Shown here: one piece after another, positions 38,437 to 51,929 of the stretch
How the letters are laid out: each line of letters starts with the position of its first letter
Numbering within the stretch: the first letter of the stretch is position 1
Assembly: GCA_964016885.1 (NCBI GenBank)
Contig: OZ024758.1
Span: 8,246,001 to 8,310,000 of the forward strand
Length of the DNA: 64,000 nt
Source: Eledone cirrhosa
Lineage: Eukaryota
Direction of reading: 5' to 3'
Program-made: the position numbers and the translations under genes
The notes under the pieces: model-generated
The model's database searches: none
The model's input: only the letters and a program-made list of their open reading frames with translations
What the model was told of the DNA's origin: nothing

Positions 38437-39194
38437 ATATCACTTGTATTGTGAAGTCATATCCCAGTAGATATCACCTGTATTGTGAAGTCATATCCCA
38501 GTAGATATCACCTGTATTGTGAAGTCATATCCCAGTAGATATCACCTGTATTGTGAAGTCATATCCCAATTGATATCACCTGTATTGTGAAGTCATATCC
38601 CAGTAGATATCACCTGTATTGTGAAGTCATATCCCAGTAGATATCACCTGTATTGTGAAGTCATATCCCAATTGATATCACCTGTATTGTGAAGTCATAT
38701 CCCAATTGATATCACCTGTATTGTGAAGTCATATCCCAGTAGATATCACCTGTATTGTGAAGTCATATCCCAATTGATATCACCTGTATTGTGAAGTCAT
38801 ATCCCAGTAGATATCACCTGTATTGTGAAGTCATATCCCAATTGATATCACCTGTATTGTGAAGTCATATCCCAGTAGATATCACCTGTATTGTGAAGTC
38901 ATATCCCAGTAGATATCACCTGTATTGTGAAGTCATATCCCAGTAGATATCACTTGTATTGTGAAGTCATATCCTAGTAGATATCACCTGTATTGTGAAG
39001 TCATATCCCAGTAGATATCACCTGTATTGTGAAGTCATATCCCAGTAGATATCACCTGTATTGTGAAGTCATATCCCAATTGATATCACCTGTATTGTGA
39101 AGTCATATCCCAGTAGATATCACCTGTATTGTGAAGTCATATCCCAATTGATATCACCTGTATTGTGAAGTCATATCCCAGTAGATATCACCTG
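38437..39194. repeat. 34-bp minisatellite, ~22 copies, two unit variants
   Basis: ATATCACCTGTATTGTGAAGTCATATCCCA(GTAG|ATTG). Confidence 0.98.
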
Positions 39195-39309
39195 GTAGAA
39201 TGTTAGACTTTCCTGTTGAGTTCACATTGTTTCATTGCTTTAGTATTGATACAATGAGAACCAATCAAATACTGTGGTTGATTCTTCTATACTACTGCTG
39301 TTCATGAGT

Positions 39310-39595
39310 GGAGGCATGTGGCCTAGTGGTAAGGGTGTTGAACTTACAATCATAATGTCATGGGTTCGATTCCTGGGCTGGGTTCTGTGTTGTGTTCTTG
39401 AGCAAAACACTTCATTTCACATTGCTCCAGTATACTCACCTGAAAATGAGTACTAGCCCGGCAATAGCTGGGGGTTTAACCCTGCGATGGACTGGCGTCC
39501 TGTCCAGAGGAGAGTCTTGTAATCTCAGTCGCTTAACGCCATGGAAACCAGGCTAAGTACTGGCCTGATGAACCTCTGGGCTTGAGACAATCAAC
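39310..39595 (+). mobile_element. V-domain-like tRNA SINE (related copy on minus at ~30700-30945)
   Basis: TGGCCTAGTGG / GGTTCGATTCC boxes, TTCTTGAGCAAAACACTT, CCTGCGATGGACTGGCGTCCTGTCCAG. Confidence 0.8.
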
Positions 39596-39846
39596 TTGTG
39601 GCCTTGTGTTAATGTTAAAACACTTTGTCATAAAAATACGTAAAACTCACCACACCTCTGTAAAATGAAACCTTAGAGAAGGCTGGAGAAACTTGCAAGG
39701 TGTTTGCTGTAACAAGATCAACAACAAAATATGGCTCAACAGGATATGAGTTTGAATCTTTCAGTTCTTAAATGTCAGAAAACAAAGCAATTTGATCAGG
39801 CACTGCAACGCCTGGTATTAAGTGATAAAGAGGAAATGTGAGCATC

Positions 39847-40258
39847 TATACACGCACGCACGCACACATATACACGCACGCACACACACATATACACAGG
39901 TACACACACACACACACAGGTACACATATGTACTCACAGGTACACACACACACACACACACACACACAGGTACACATACGTACACACACACACACATATA
40001 CACATGTATACACACACACACATATACAGGTACACACATACATACACACACACACATGTTACATGCATGTACATACACATATAAACATGTATACACACAG
40101 ATACACATGTATACACAGCACAGATACACATGCATACACAGGCACATACACGTACACATGTATACACAGGTATGTACACAGAAACACACGTACTCACACA
40201 CACACACGTACATACACATATACACAGGTGGTACATACACATATACATACACAGGTGG
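39847..40258. repeat. (CA)-rich degenerate microsatellite
   Basis: Direct read. Confidence 0.94.
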
Positions 40259-40576
40259 TAAGTTCCATGCAAGCTGAACTTGTTCATTTACAATTTCAGC
40301 CATTTCACTTAACATACCGACAATATTTTGTTTATCAGAATAACCGACACATAACTCATTATTTAAATGTACACACCAGACTAGTGGCTATTTTCCTTAT
40401 ATAATCTTGGCCTAAAACCAACTTAGTTGTTGAGACTTTAGCAGTGGACTGAATACAATGTAAGTAATATATATATATCAAAAGTATATATTGAATTAAA
40501 AACTCACAATAGTCTCCTATAATTGAAATAGTTCAAAGAAAAAATGTGTTCCGATACGTGATGTTACTGGCTTGAA

Positions 40577-40786
40577 TTAACCCTTTAGCATTTAAACCAG
40601 CTGCATCAGGCCAGAATTCTCTCACCTTTTTCTGTTCAAACCCACCGTGACGCGCTATTCATACTGATGTTAAGGTATTCTCAAAATAAATATAAATATC
40701 TCATAGATTCGATATTATGTGAGATAAAATCTTTACTGTGAAAATACAATAGTAAATGTAGAGTAATGTAAATACTAAAGGGGTAA
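40577..40786. mobile_element. piggyBac-type MITE
   Basis: TTAA-CCCTTTAGCATTTAAACC ... TACTAAAGGG. Confidence 0.78.
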
Positions 40787-42029
40787 TGATCCAATAAAAG
40801 AGGCTCTACTTCACATTTTACAGGGTTTTTTTTAAAAAGGAATTGCTATAAAATATTTTATTCTTGCACACACAAAATCCCAAAGTAACAGATAGCAAAA
40901 ACTGATGGTTGTTAGATTAAACTTATCTTTAAATCTCAAGTCTAAATAACATTGAAAGCTGCGCTCAGAAGGACCTGACATTCAATACATAAAATACAAA
41001 GACAACCAAGATAGAAGTAACCTAAAAGGATTATTGATTTATCTTTGCAGTTGTGTAAATAACAAAATCTATAGGCTGAGTCATGGAAAGTGTTGAAGAA
41101 AAACAAAACAAAACAAAAAATGGAAAGAAAATATCTATTGTTGTATAGACTATGTCCTTTAAACATGTGTTCTCTGAGAATCCAATAAAATATATAAAGT
41201 TGTCCTTGAATTGCAGAATCAACAGTTGTTGTTTCTATTAAACAGCTGATGTTGAATATAACTAACTAATGGTTAAAGATAGATTAGAATTGAGACGATA
41301 AAGCTCTCCCTCCTCTCTTTATTTCTTTTACTTTCTGTTTTGTAACCAAACCACCTGAAACTATCTTGGATTTTATTATACAAAATTGTTTAAATTTATC
41401 TACTGATATTACTTCTTGCCGGTTGGTTTTACCCATTAAATCTGTCGAGCAATTCTTGCCCATTTTTCAAAAATAAAATAGTGGAATCCATAAATTCATA
41501 TCAGCTTACAGTCAAGTATATATGGTAATTGGTTCACCATATGGTTTGTGGTTAAATTTATTCAGTCCTATAATAGTATGCAATTACGTAGTCTATTTGA
41601 ATTAAAACAACTGTTTTGTAACACATTTCATTGGTCACCATCAAAACGATGACTGACTTGTCTTTAGAATAAGCAACACTTACACTACTTACTTCAAGCT
41701 AATGAGGGAGTTTCTTCCTGGTTTCCTAACGTGCAAGAATTAGTAACCAAATCTCCCTCAGATCGCACCCCAGCATCTCAAAATATTGGGTAGATGCATT
41801 ACCCCAAGCAAGGCAATTAAAGCCACTAAAATGTATCATAAAATCCTACATATTCCAAAGGAAAGATATGATCAGGGTTAGAATGTTTTTGAACATAGTT
41901 CTGTTTGGTTTACTATATAGGATGAATATCTCCGAAATGTAGAACTGCCATAGAAAGTTATCCCTGGACTCAGGACAAACAAGAACAAGAAACAATTTCT
42001 CTTAATTTCAACATGTTATTATCTTAATA

Positions 42030-42640
42030 ATTGTTTCTACTTTTGGCACAAGGCCAGCAATTACCCAGTGTATTACTGGTACTTTATTTTATCGACCCCG
42101 TAAGGATGAAAGGCAAAGTTAACCTCGGCGGGATTTGAACTCAGAATGGCAAGGGCCGTAACTCTATGCGTCAAAGCATGGTGTCCGACCCTCTATCGAT
42201 ACTGCCAATCCACCGCCACTTATTATCTTAATAATAGATGGCAGTTGGTTGGCAGTATCAGTAGAGCATCAGACACCATGCATCATGGTATGGTGTTATG
42301 GCCCTTTGCGTTCTGAGTTCAAATTCCACCAAGGTCAGTCTTGCCTTTCATCCTTATGGGGTCATAAAAGCAGAGTCGATTTAATTGGTTTTTCCCTCCC
42401 CTAAAATTGTTGGCCCTTGTGCCTAAATCAGAAACCATTATTTTAATGGCAGTGGATTGGCAGTATCGGTAGAGGGTCGGACGCCATGCTTTGCAGCATA
42501 GAGTTACGGCCCTTTATGGTCCGAGTTCAAATCCTGCCGAGGTTAACTTTGCCTTTCATCCTTACGGGAGTCGATAAAATAAAGTACCAGTAATACACTG
42601 GGGTAATTGCTGGCCTTGTGCCAAAAGTCGAAACAATTAT
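42030..42640. mobile_element. Cluster of three SINE-A copies (-, +, +)
   Basis: 42030-42218 minus with TSD TTATTATCTTAATAAT; 42238-42440 and 42447-42640 plus. Confidence 0.88.
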
Positions 42641-43128
42641 TTTAATAATGACTAAACAAGAGGATGGAGTCCCCAGCTAAATGTTTTACACTACAAACCA
42701 GATTAGACGATACAGCTTGTAAGTCATCTTCCTTCGTATATCTTGGTCTGTTGCTGCTGTCTCAGGTTGTTAGCGTTTGCCTGATTAGTGATCAGCTCTA
42801 CAAACTAAGCTATTGTTTAGAACAAAGAAAATACAGGTAGATGAAGGATGGATGACCTGTTTTAATCTAATACCACATTAAATCTACCTGGACTTATTTA
42901 CAGTAGCAACTGTTGCTAGGAAATGCATTCAGCCATAAAACTTATTTCAATCAATCGCGCATATCTTTTACAGTATGTTAGAATATAGTATTAGAAACTA
43001 AACCTTTAAGAATAACATTTATTGTATATACTTGAGTCTATATGAATATAAGCTGGCCCCTATTTTATGTCTGAGAAATAGGTAAAAATCTAAACCTTAT
43101 TTATGCAGAATTTGAATCATCAAAATAT

Positions 43129-43179
<51 letters not shown>

Positions 43180-43380
43180 TCACATATACCTTGACTTATA
43201 TTCCAGTATATATTGTATAAGCAAAAATAATTATTCTTTAGCTGAAATTTTTTTTTATTTTTACTTTATTTTAAGTCATGTTAAAAGCAAAGAAACTGGC
43301 AATTGACGTTTCTCTTTTATTCCAATATTTAAATATTTTTTACCATAATTTTAACAAGAATATACTGCCTTTAATGCAGT

Positions 43381-43645
43381 GACTATCCCAGCTCTACCCC
43401 AACTCTACCCCAACTCTACCCCAACTCTACCCCAGCTCTACCCCAGCTCTACCCCAGCTCTATCCCAACTCTATCCCAACTCTACCCCAGCACTACCCCA
43501 GCACTACCCCAGCACTACCCCAGCTCTATCCCAGCTCTATCCCAACTCTATCCCAACTCTATCCCAACTCTATCCCAACTCTACCCCAGCACTACCCCAG
43601 CACTACCCCAGCTCTATCCCAACTCTATCTCAGCTCTATCCTTAC
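43381..43645. repeat. 11-bp C-rich tandem repeat
   Basis: CTCTACCCCAA / CTCTATCCCAG / CACTACCCCAG variants. Confidence 0.95.
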
Positions 43646-44616
43646 TCTGATAATTGATAAGGATTTGCAGTGGCAGTTGTTATTCACAGGAAAACTTGTG
43701 TGGTGTGGTGTGGTGGTGATGGGGGTTCATGGGGTGCAGGGGTGGTGATGGGAGGAGATGTGTGACATTGTAACCTTCTTTCTGACACAGTTACAACAGC
43801 AGCAACCTGCCCCTTTAATGTATTTCTCTAATCCAACTCCACCTTTACAACACCTGCTTTTTATGCTGTTACTGTTTGTTGCCTTTATATATTTTGTTTT
43901 GTTTGATAGCATCCCCCACTCCCACATATTCATTAGTATCCCCCTCCTCCACCCATTTCTAAAGCTGCCACACTAAACACTACAAATATATATATATATA
44001 CCCCACTATTAAACTTATATACAACCCCACATTTCATTTGTTGCTTTGTCATGGATGTTGACCATTTGACTCTGAGGGTAAAGCTAGGTTTCTTTTGTTT
44101 GTTTAAATAATGTAGAGGAAACCTTCTCTATTTCTCTTTCTCTTTCTATCTATTTATCCCTCTTTCTTTCTTTCTCTATTTCTCTATCTATCTCTATCTC
44201 AGTTTTTTTTTATATTCATTTGAGTTATATATTAGTCATAAATTATAAAGTTATTAACCGTTTTAATACTAACCCGCCCCAAATCACCTCTGGTTCCATG
44301 AAAATAAATTTTAAAGGGTTCATATTTAAATAAAAAATCTTTCATCATAATTTTATATAAAAACCATTTGTTACAATACTATCTTAATAATGAAAAAATA
44401 AATCCTTCTAAAATCTTAATTAATTCATTGAAGTAGTGTATTAGAAATATAGTAATGAAAGAGTTAAATGAACAAATGAACTTTAACATAAGTAAATGGG
44501 TTTAACACCTAACTGTTATTTTATTTAATAGTTAGGTGTTGATGTTTTCTTTGATGTACAGAACTGTGTGTATTTATTGATGTATCTTTATTAATTTAAC
44601 TTCTATCTTTCTACAG

Positions 44617-44709
44617 GTATTCTGGCACCTTGATGTATTTCGACGTAGTTTCAGAAATTATAATGGACACGTGTGTATGGGAAATTCTTGCATATTCTGT
44701 AATTTGAAG
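44617..44709 (+). CDS. USP54: USP53/54-like coding exon 2
   Basis: [31 protein letters not shown]; ctacag| ... |gtaatt; 93 nt, phase 0-0. Confidence 0.95.
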
Positions 44710-44814
44710 GTAATTTTCATTTTTTTATATATTTTTTATATAATGGTGGCGCCTCAGCATGGCCTCAGCCTATCGGCTGGAACATGTAAAAGAGAATACT
44801 GTATATACTAATAT

Positions 44815-45025
44815 AAAAGACACTGCATCCTTTAAAACCTCCATGCTTCCTGAGATTTGCCAACACTACAATGTTCCCCCTCCAGACACATACACACATG
44901 TATTTCATGACTCATACACTGTTCATTTTCCTGACATTTGACCATTATTCTATGTACTATACATGCACCTTTGATGAGTTGTAGTGCACCTGAGCACTGT
45001 ACACAATAATTTCATTATTACTATT
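44815..45025 (+). mobile_element. CR1-type LINE 3' end
   Basis: Homologous to the reverse complement of 61940-62150; ends in (ATT)n. Confidence 0.75.
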
Positions 45026-45796
45026 ATAAGCTGAGAAATATGTGACTAAAATATCGATGGTAAAAATGGGGTTGGTTTATATTCGAGGCCAATATTTTGC
45101 CTATTTTTTTTACCTTCAAAATTCTATGTAAATGAGGTGCTACAATATTTTCATTTTGGAGGTAAATATTGAACAGGCATGAAATTCATATTTCCTGTTG
45201 TTCTTGGTGTGTTTTGAATGAATATGGCTTTCAAAACGGTTGGAAATTGGTAAAAAAATCATTACATAATGGAGTTGTGATACAAAAACTATTCTCTAAA
45301 TGACACATAAAACATTTTAAATATCAAAATATTAAAACTTCATAAATATATTCTTCACTCATGAGAATTTCAAAACCACACCAGTGTGTCTCCTTTGCTG
45401 TACTCTGGAGCAGTGTATTCTCCATCTTGTCAATTGGGACCAAGGGGTGGAGGGTAGGTTAGTTAGAGGTTACCATTTACATTACTCTATAATTACTATT
45501 GCATTTTCGGGGTAAAGGCTTTACCTCACATAATATTGAATCTATGAGATTTTTATATTATTTATTTCGGGAATATAACATCAGTATAAGTGGCTGGTTA
45601 CTGCTGGTTTGAACAGAAAGAGGTGAGAGATTTTTAGCTGCATATGGCCGGTTTAAATACTAAAGGGTTAAATACTTGTTTATACACATTTCTGATTTAT
45701 ACACTTAAAGTATCACATCTATTAATTATCACAGGAGAGACGTTTTTCATGAATTGCCTGTTAAAACAAATAAACAACTTACTCATTTCATTGCAG

Positions 45797-45931
45797 GTCA
45801 TTTTCACACAACTTCGTTATAGTGATAAAAGCTCACTGCACCCAAATGCATTGAGGCGAGCATTGGCAGAGGCTTTTGTTGATCAACACCGTTTTCAACT
45901 TGGTCATATGGATGATGCTGCAGAATGTTTT
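45797..45931 (+). CDS. USP54: USP53/54-like coding exon 3
   Basis: VIFTQLRYSDKSSLHPNALRRALAEAFVDQHRFQLGHMDDAAECF; 135 nt; AG/GTAAGT. Confidence 0.96.
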
Positions 45932-46019
45932 GTAAGTCCACAAGATTCTGCTTCTTTGATTTGTTTTTATTGTTATTATATTTATATCCAACTGAGTATT
46001 GTGTAGCAAGGAGTTATAC

Positions 46020-46584
46020 ACTTTAACATTTACATTACTCTATATATACTATTGTATTTTCATGGTAAAGGCTTTACCTCACATAATTATCTCGCATAAC
46101 ATTTACATTACTCTATATATACTATTGTATTGTCACAGTAAAGGCTTTACCTCACATAATATCTCACATAACATTTACATTACTCTATATATACTATTGT
46201 ATTGTCACAGTAAAGGCTTTACCTCACATAATATCTCACATAACATTTACATTACTCTATATATACTATTGTATTTTCATGGTAAAGGCTTTACCTCACA
46301 TAATTATCTCGCATAACATTTACATTACTCTATATATACTATTGTATTTTCATGGTAAAGGCTTTACCTCACATAATATCTCACATAACATTTACATTAC
46401 TCTATATATACTATTGTATTTTCACGGTAAAGGCTTTACCTCACATAATTATCTCACATAATATCGAATCTATGAGATTTTGAAAGTATTTATTTTGAGA
46501 ATAATACCTTAACATCAGTTTGTGTGACCAGTTTCAACAGAAAGGGGTAGAGAATTCTGGCCGGTTTGAACATTAAAGGTTTAA
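46020..46584. mobile_element. piggyBac-type MITE with internal 72-73 bp segment amplified to 6 tandem copies
   Basis: Units start 46026, 46099, 46171, 46243, 46316, 46388; remainder matches family; ends AAAGGT-TTAA. Confidence 0.85.
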
Positions 46585-47258
46585 GCAAACTCAGTAAACT
46601 CTGCTGAAACTGGTTTGCGTTATAGAAACAGTTGGATATCATAGTTTGGATGAAACTATAGGGTTTTATCAGTCTTCTAGTTGGGGACTGTTCTGTATTT
46701 ATTGTAGGTGATATTGTATTATCCAATGATTTACATCTTATATTATGTTGTCCATGATTTTAATTAGAGAAGGTTTTTTTTGTTTTGTGTTTTTTTTTTT
46801 TGTAATGGAGATTTAATTGCTTAAATTAAGTTGTATCAAATAACTACACAAGAACTCTGTCAAATTTCATTACTGTTGTTAAGATGTAGACTGACTTTAA
46901 TACACTTCAAATGGTTGTATCAAATAACATTTCACTGCATTATAATCTAAGTAAAATCAGATTGATAGCAGCCTCTCTGAGGTGGAGTGGCTATTGCAGC
47001 AGGTATTGTTGGCCATTGTCTGCAGAAATGCCTTTGCCATTTTGTCTGCAAGGCACAGCCGAAACACTTTTTCTTCCTTTGTCTAATAATCCTTGTTCTT
47101 CCCCTCCTTTTCCTCTCATTCATGGCATTTATAGTCCTTTCCAATATATTTTATTTTTCTGTATGTTTAGCCAATTTATAATTAAGATAAATAAGTTTAT
47201 CAATGAAAAAAAAAAAAATACTTAAAGTATTTACATGAAAGCCATTTTCTACCTGTAG

Positions 47259-47372
47259 GAAAACATTCTCCGAAGGATCCATTTCCATATTGCCAATAGC
47301 TACAACGAAGACCAGTGCACAGCAACACATTGTTTGACACATCGTAAATTTGCCCTCACAGTTTCAGACCAG
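47259..47372 (+). CDS. USP54: USP53/54-like coding exon 4
   Basis: [38 protein letters not shown]; 114 nt; AG/GTAAGA. Confidence 0.95.
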
Positions 47373-47644
47373 GTAAGAGATAGAAACCTTATCTAAAAGC
47401 TGATGAGAAAATTTAATGTTTGTGAGATCCCCTCTCAACTATTTTATCCCTTTCTCACTTCTTCCTATCGATTCTCCGAGCCAACACACTTCTAGCCATG
47501 ATTTCTATCCTTTGAGGTAAATTTTACCCAATGCCGCCATTGACAGCATTTTGCTGTTCTAACAGCTTCCTGGTGCTGAGCTCTTCCAATAAATATATGA
47601 ATTCTAATGCACTCGTGTTTTAAACTCAATATTCGAGATATATT

Positions 47645-47895
<251 letters not shown>

Positions 47896-48299
47896 CTATG
47901 TGTGTACATCCTTATCTATTGGGCTTGGCTGGTATGATAGCGAATGTTTACAATTAACTGATGGGTGTTTATTAATATAGTTCTGTTTGTATTATCAGGT
48001 CTTCTAATCTTTCTCTACACTCTCTCTTCCTTCTCTCACCTTTCTCTAATATACACACCTTTCTCCTATATACACACCTTTCTCCTATATACACACCTTT
48101 CTCCTATATACACACATTTCTCCTATATACACACCTTTCTCTAACACATTAAAATTCTAACTTCAGGTAATTTTCCTTCAATAAACAATATCCTCTCCTT
48201 TTATAGGTCTTATATTTCTCTGGAATATTATTAAATTCTATTCTTCTATTCTTCTATTCTTCTATTCTTCTATTCTTCTATTCTTCTATTCTACTTCAG

Positions 48300-48379
48300 G
48301 TGCAGTGTGTGTGTGGTGCTAGTAACGATCCTTTGGTTTTCTCTGAAATAGTTCACTATGTTTCCGTTGCAGCTTTGGT
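48300..48379 (+). CDS. USP54: USP53/54-like coding exon 5
   Basis: VQCVCGASNDPLVFSEIVHYVSVAAL(V); 80 nt, phase 0-2; donor GTAAGT. Confidence 0.93.
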
Positions 48380-48425
48380 GTAAGTATGCAGTTTTGTTTT
48401 CTTGCTGTGATATAATATAAAAGAA

Positions 48426-48671
48426 CAGGGCCGGATTTAGATTTGATGAGGCCCTAAGCTATCTGAGATAATGGGGCCCTTTATATGTTATAAAAAAATG
48501 TTATAAAAACTGCAAAACGTTCAATATTAAAGCAGAAAACTGTTTAAAACTATTGCATTATTTTAGTTCTTTTTTATCTTATATTTTGGAAATGTACACC
48601 GTTTTTTTTTTTTCATTTTTTTCGGGGCCCTAAGCTATAGCTTGTTTAGCTTATACGTAAATCCTGCACTG
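48426..48671 (+). mobile_element. hAT-type MITE
   Basis: TIR CAGGGCCGGATTTA / TAAATCCTGCACTG; TSD TAAAAGAA / TAAAATAA; same family as 9398. Confidence 0.88.
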
Positions 48672-49624
48672 TAAAATAATCTACTGTCTTTACTCAAATA
48701 TAAACCAAGGAATATGTGGTTGGATTTAAACCTTGGTGGGGGCCCTCATATACAAAAAAATTAGAATACACAGTAACACCCCCCCCCCCCCCCACACACA
48801 CACACACCTTCACCCTCATTTCACAGTTAGCTTGGTACAAGTTATAGGAATTGAAAAGTTATACATACAGGTATTTTATTCAAAAATTCTAGCCATCCTA
48901 AAACTAAAAAGCCTACCTGAGGGCACGAATACATTGCTAGGGCCATTGCTGGAGCCCTCTTCAACCCTGCAGGGGGCCTGGAGCAATAGCCCCCCATTAA
49001 ATCTAGCCCTGGGTAAAATGGTGGGTTTCGGCTTGTATATGGCAATATGCCATCTAAACAATGTGTTGATTAGCTGCCTTGGTGTACCCATTTTTCAGAC
49101 ATAAATTAGGGTTGGGGTCAGCTTATACCTGGTTCAGTTTATATTTGAGTACATGTGATAATTAAAGCTTGCTTCTGTTTATGGAGAACCCAGAACCCAG
49201 TCTAGGAATCGAACCCATGACATTATGACCATAAGTCCAACACCGTTACCACTAGGCCATGCACCTCCACAGTGTCCACAGTAAACACTCTATCCATGTC
49301 ATTTCAATCTTACATAGGATAGAAGTGAATGTTTTGTGACATGTTAAACATAGTCTTCCAACAAACACTAGTTGACAACAGGAAAACCATCTAACTGTGC
49401 ATACCCAGACTAGAAGCAAACATGTGTAGCTCGGAACATGGGACATACTATTAGCAGTAGCACTAACATACCATGTATATGAAGGTATATATATATATGT
49501 GTGTGTGTGAGTGTGTTTATGTACAGTAAATATGCAAAATATTTATACCAACATTGAAAAATTATTGCCAAATCAATGATTATGATGATAACCTCCTTTT
49601 TTTTTTTTATTTTTACCTTTATAG

Positions 49625-49730
49625 AAACCAAGCAAATAAGATTATTGACAATGGATACAAAGTGACATCAGATAAATTTGGTCTTTTACTTCGAAATGCC
49701 TGCAGTATTGGGGATGTCCGAGATTGTCCT
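49625..49730 (+). CDS. USP54: USP53/54-like coding exon 6
   Basis: NQANKIIDNGYKVTSDKFGLLLRNACSIGDVRDCP; 106 nt, phase 2-0; donor GTGAGT. Confidence 0.94.
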
Positions 49731-49790
49731 GTGAGTATTTTTAAATTTTACTTAATTAATTAACATGAGTGTGAATGGCTGATCTAGAAG

Positions 49791-50370
49791 GGAGCAACCT
49801 ACTAGACAAGGGAGCAACCTACTAGACAAGGGAGCAACCTACTAGACAAGGGAGCAACCTACTAGACAAGGGAGCAGCCTACTAGACAAGGGAGCAACCT
49901 ACTAGACAAGGGAGCAGCCTACTAGACAAGGGAGCAGCCTACTAGACAAGGGAGCAACCTACTAGACAAGGGAGCAACCTACTAGACAAGGGAGCAGCCT
50001 ACTAGACGAGGGAGCAACCTACTAGACGAGGGAGCAGCCTACTAGACGAGGGAGCAGCCTACTAGACGAGGGAGCAGCCTACTAGACGAGGGAGCAGCCT
50101 ACTAGACGAGGGAGCAACCTACTAGACGAGGGAGCAACCTACTAGACGAGGGAGCAACCTACTAGACGAGGGAGCAACCTACTAGACGAGGGAGCAACCT
50201 ACTAGACGAGGGAGCAACCTACTAGACAAGGGAGCAACCTACTAGACAAGGGAGCAGCCTACTAGACAAGGGAGCAGCCTACTAGACAAGGGAGCAGCCT
50301 ACTAGACAAGGGAGCAACCTACTAGACAAGGGAGCAACCTACTAGACAAGGGAGCAACCTACTAGACAAG
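49791..50370. repeat. 20-bp minisatellite, 29 copies
   Basis: GGAGCA(A/G)CCTACTAGAC(A/G)AG. Confidence 0.98.
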
Positions 50371-50785
50371 GCAGGTGTGGTTGTTGTTGTTCATATCTCG
50401 TCACTAGTTTGGTTGGAGGGGAAAGTCGATTAAAATGACCCCAGTGCATTACTGGTACTTTATTTTATCGACCCCGAAAGACAAAGCTAACCTCGGCAGC
50501 ATTTGAACTCAGATCATAAAAGGACATAACTATACCACAAAGCATGTTGTCCGACACTCTACCAATTACTGCCAATGTGCTGCCCTATCTTGTCATTAAT
50601 ATTGGTTTTGATTTAGGTACAAGGCCAACAATTTTGGTGGGAGGAGAAAGTTGATTAAATTGCCCCCAGTTTGTTACTGGTACTTTATTTTATCAACTAT
50701 CTTGTCACTAACAATAAAATGTTTTCCAAGTCAATATTGTTGAAGTGAGGAGGTGACAGAGATATGGAAGTTGTCCAGTGTATGT

Positions 50786-51043
50786 TGCAGCATCCTTGCA
50801 GTCTGCTTCTAATGGGTGTCTGCTGCAGCATCCTTGCAGTCTGCTTCTAATGGGTGTCTGCTGCAGCATCCTTGCAGTCTGCTTCTAATGGGTGTCTGCT
50901 GCAGCATCCTTGCAGTCTGCTTCTAATGGGTGTCTGCTGCAGCATCCTTGCAGTCTGCTTCTAATGGGTGTCTGCTGCAGCATCCTTGCAGTCTGCTTCT
51001 AATGGGTGTCTGCTGCAGCATCCTTGCAGTCTGCTTCTAATGG
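50786..51043. repeat. 38-bp minisatellite, ~6.8 identical copies
   Basis: TGCAGCATCCTTGCAGTCTGCTTCTAATGGGTGTCTGC. Confidence 0.97.
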
Positions 51044-51233
51044 AAAGCTACCAGTGATAATCCAGTTTTATATCTAGGGGAAGAATTATTCCTCATTCAC
51101 ATATAACTATATTGTCTTTAAACATTTCAAATACACAATTTATATTCTAAGTTAACTTATAAAACTCAATGTTTGAATGATATATTTTATTTCTTGAATG
51201 AAACGATCATTACTTATAATTTATTTTTTACAG

Positions 51234-51291
51234 AATTCTTGTGGCAGAAAGGTTAATATACGGAGAACTTTACACAATCAACCTGATGTTG
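51234..51291 (+). CDS. USP54: USP53/54-like coding exon 7
   Basis: NSCGRKVNIRRTLHNQPDV; 58 nt, phase 0-1. Confidence 0.93.
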
Positions 51292-51333
51292 GTGAGTTGT
51301 CAGCGCTTATAAAATCTCTTGCTCTCGCTCTCG

Positions 51334-51371
<38 letters not shown>

Positions 51372-51593
51372 CTCATCTTGTCTGTCTAATCCATCCACTA
51401 TCTATCAGTGCCTGTCTAGCTTACCCTGCCATTAACATAGTTAAGAAAGATACTACATTGAAGCTAATAGTGATGGATTACTTCTGGGGTCGATTTAATC
51501 AACTTTCCCCTGCCCCCAAATTGCTGGCCTTGTGCCTAAATCAGAAACCATTATTATATGTTAAGTGTATATTTTTCTTTTTTTGTATTTCAG

Positions 51594-51688
51594 TAAATAT
51601 TGGATTGGTTTGGGATTCCGATCGGCCAAGTGGAGATCTTGTCTCTGATGTTTTAACTAACATCAGAACTTCTATTGTACTTGAAGAT
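51594..51688 (+). CDS. USP54: USP53/54-like coding exon 8
   Basis: (V)NIGLVWDSDRPSGDLVSDVLTNIRTSIVLED; 95 nt, phase 1-0. Confidence 0.95.
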
Positions 51689-51929
51689 GTAAGTATAAAA
51701 TTGTACTCATAACTTTGTAGGCCTTCCCCTTACCTCATCCTATAAGAAGTTTAGGGAGCTACTATCTCTGCTGATAACGAAGGGTGAAAGGCAGACTGTA
51801 TATGATGCCTGCATATGTAAACTGCAATGTTACATGACAGTAAAACATAAGCCTTGACTGCAGACCACCTGCAAATGCTAGTGGCCACCCCCTTCCTGGA
51901 AAGAAATCAATGTATATATATATATATAT

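Noticed and set aside
38437-39194. CRISPR-like regular array (also 1519-2117, 49791-50370, 50786-51043)
   Set aside because: Units are contiguous with no unique spacers, there are no cas genes, and the context is eukaryotic; these are minisatellites.
42664-42724. Alternative first coding exon (ATG GAG TCC ... GTAAGT)
   Set aside because: Ends in phase 1 whereas exon 2 needs phase 0; no Cys box.
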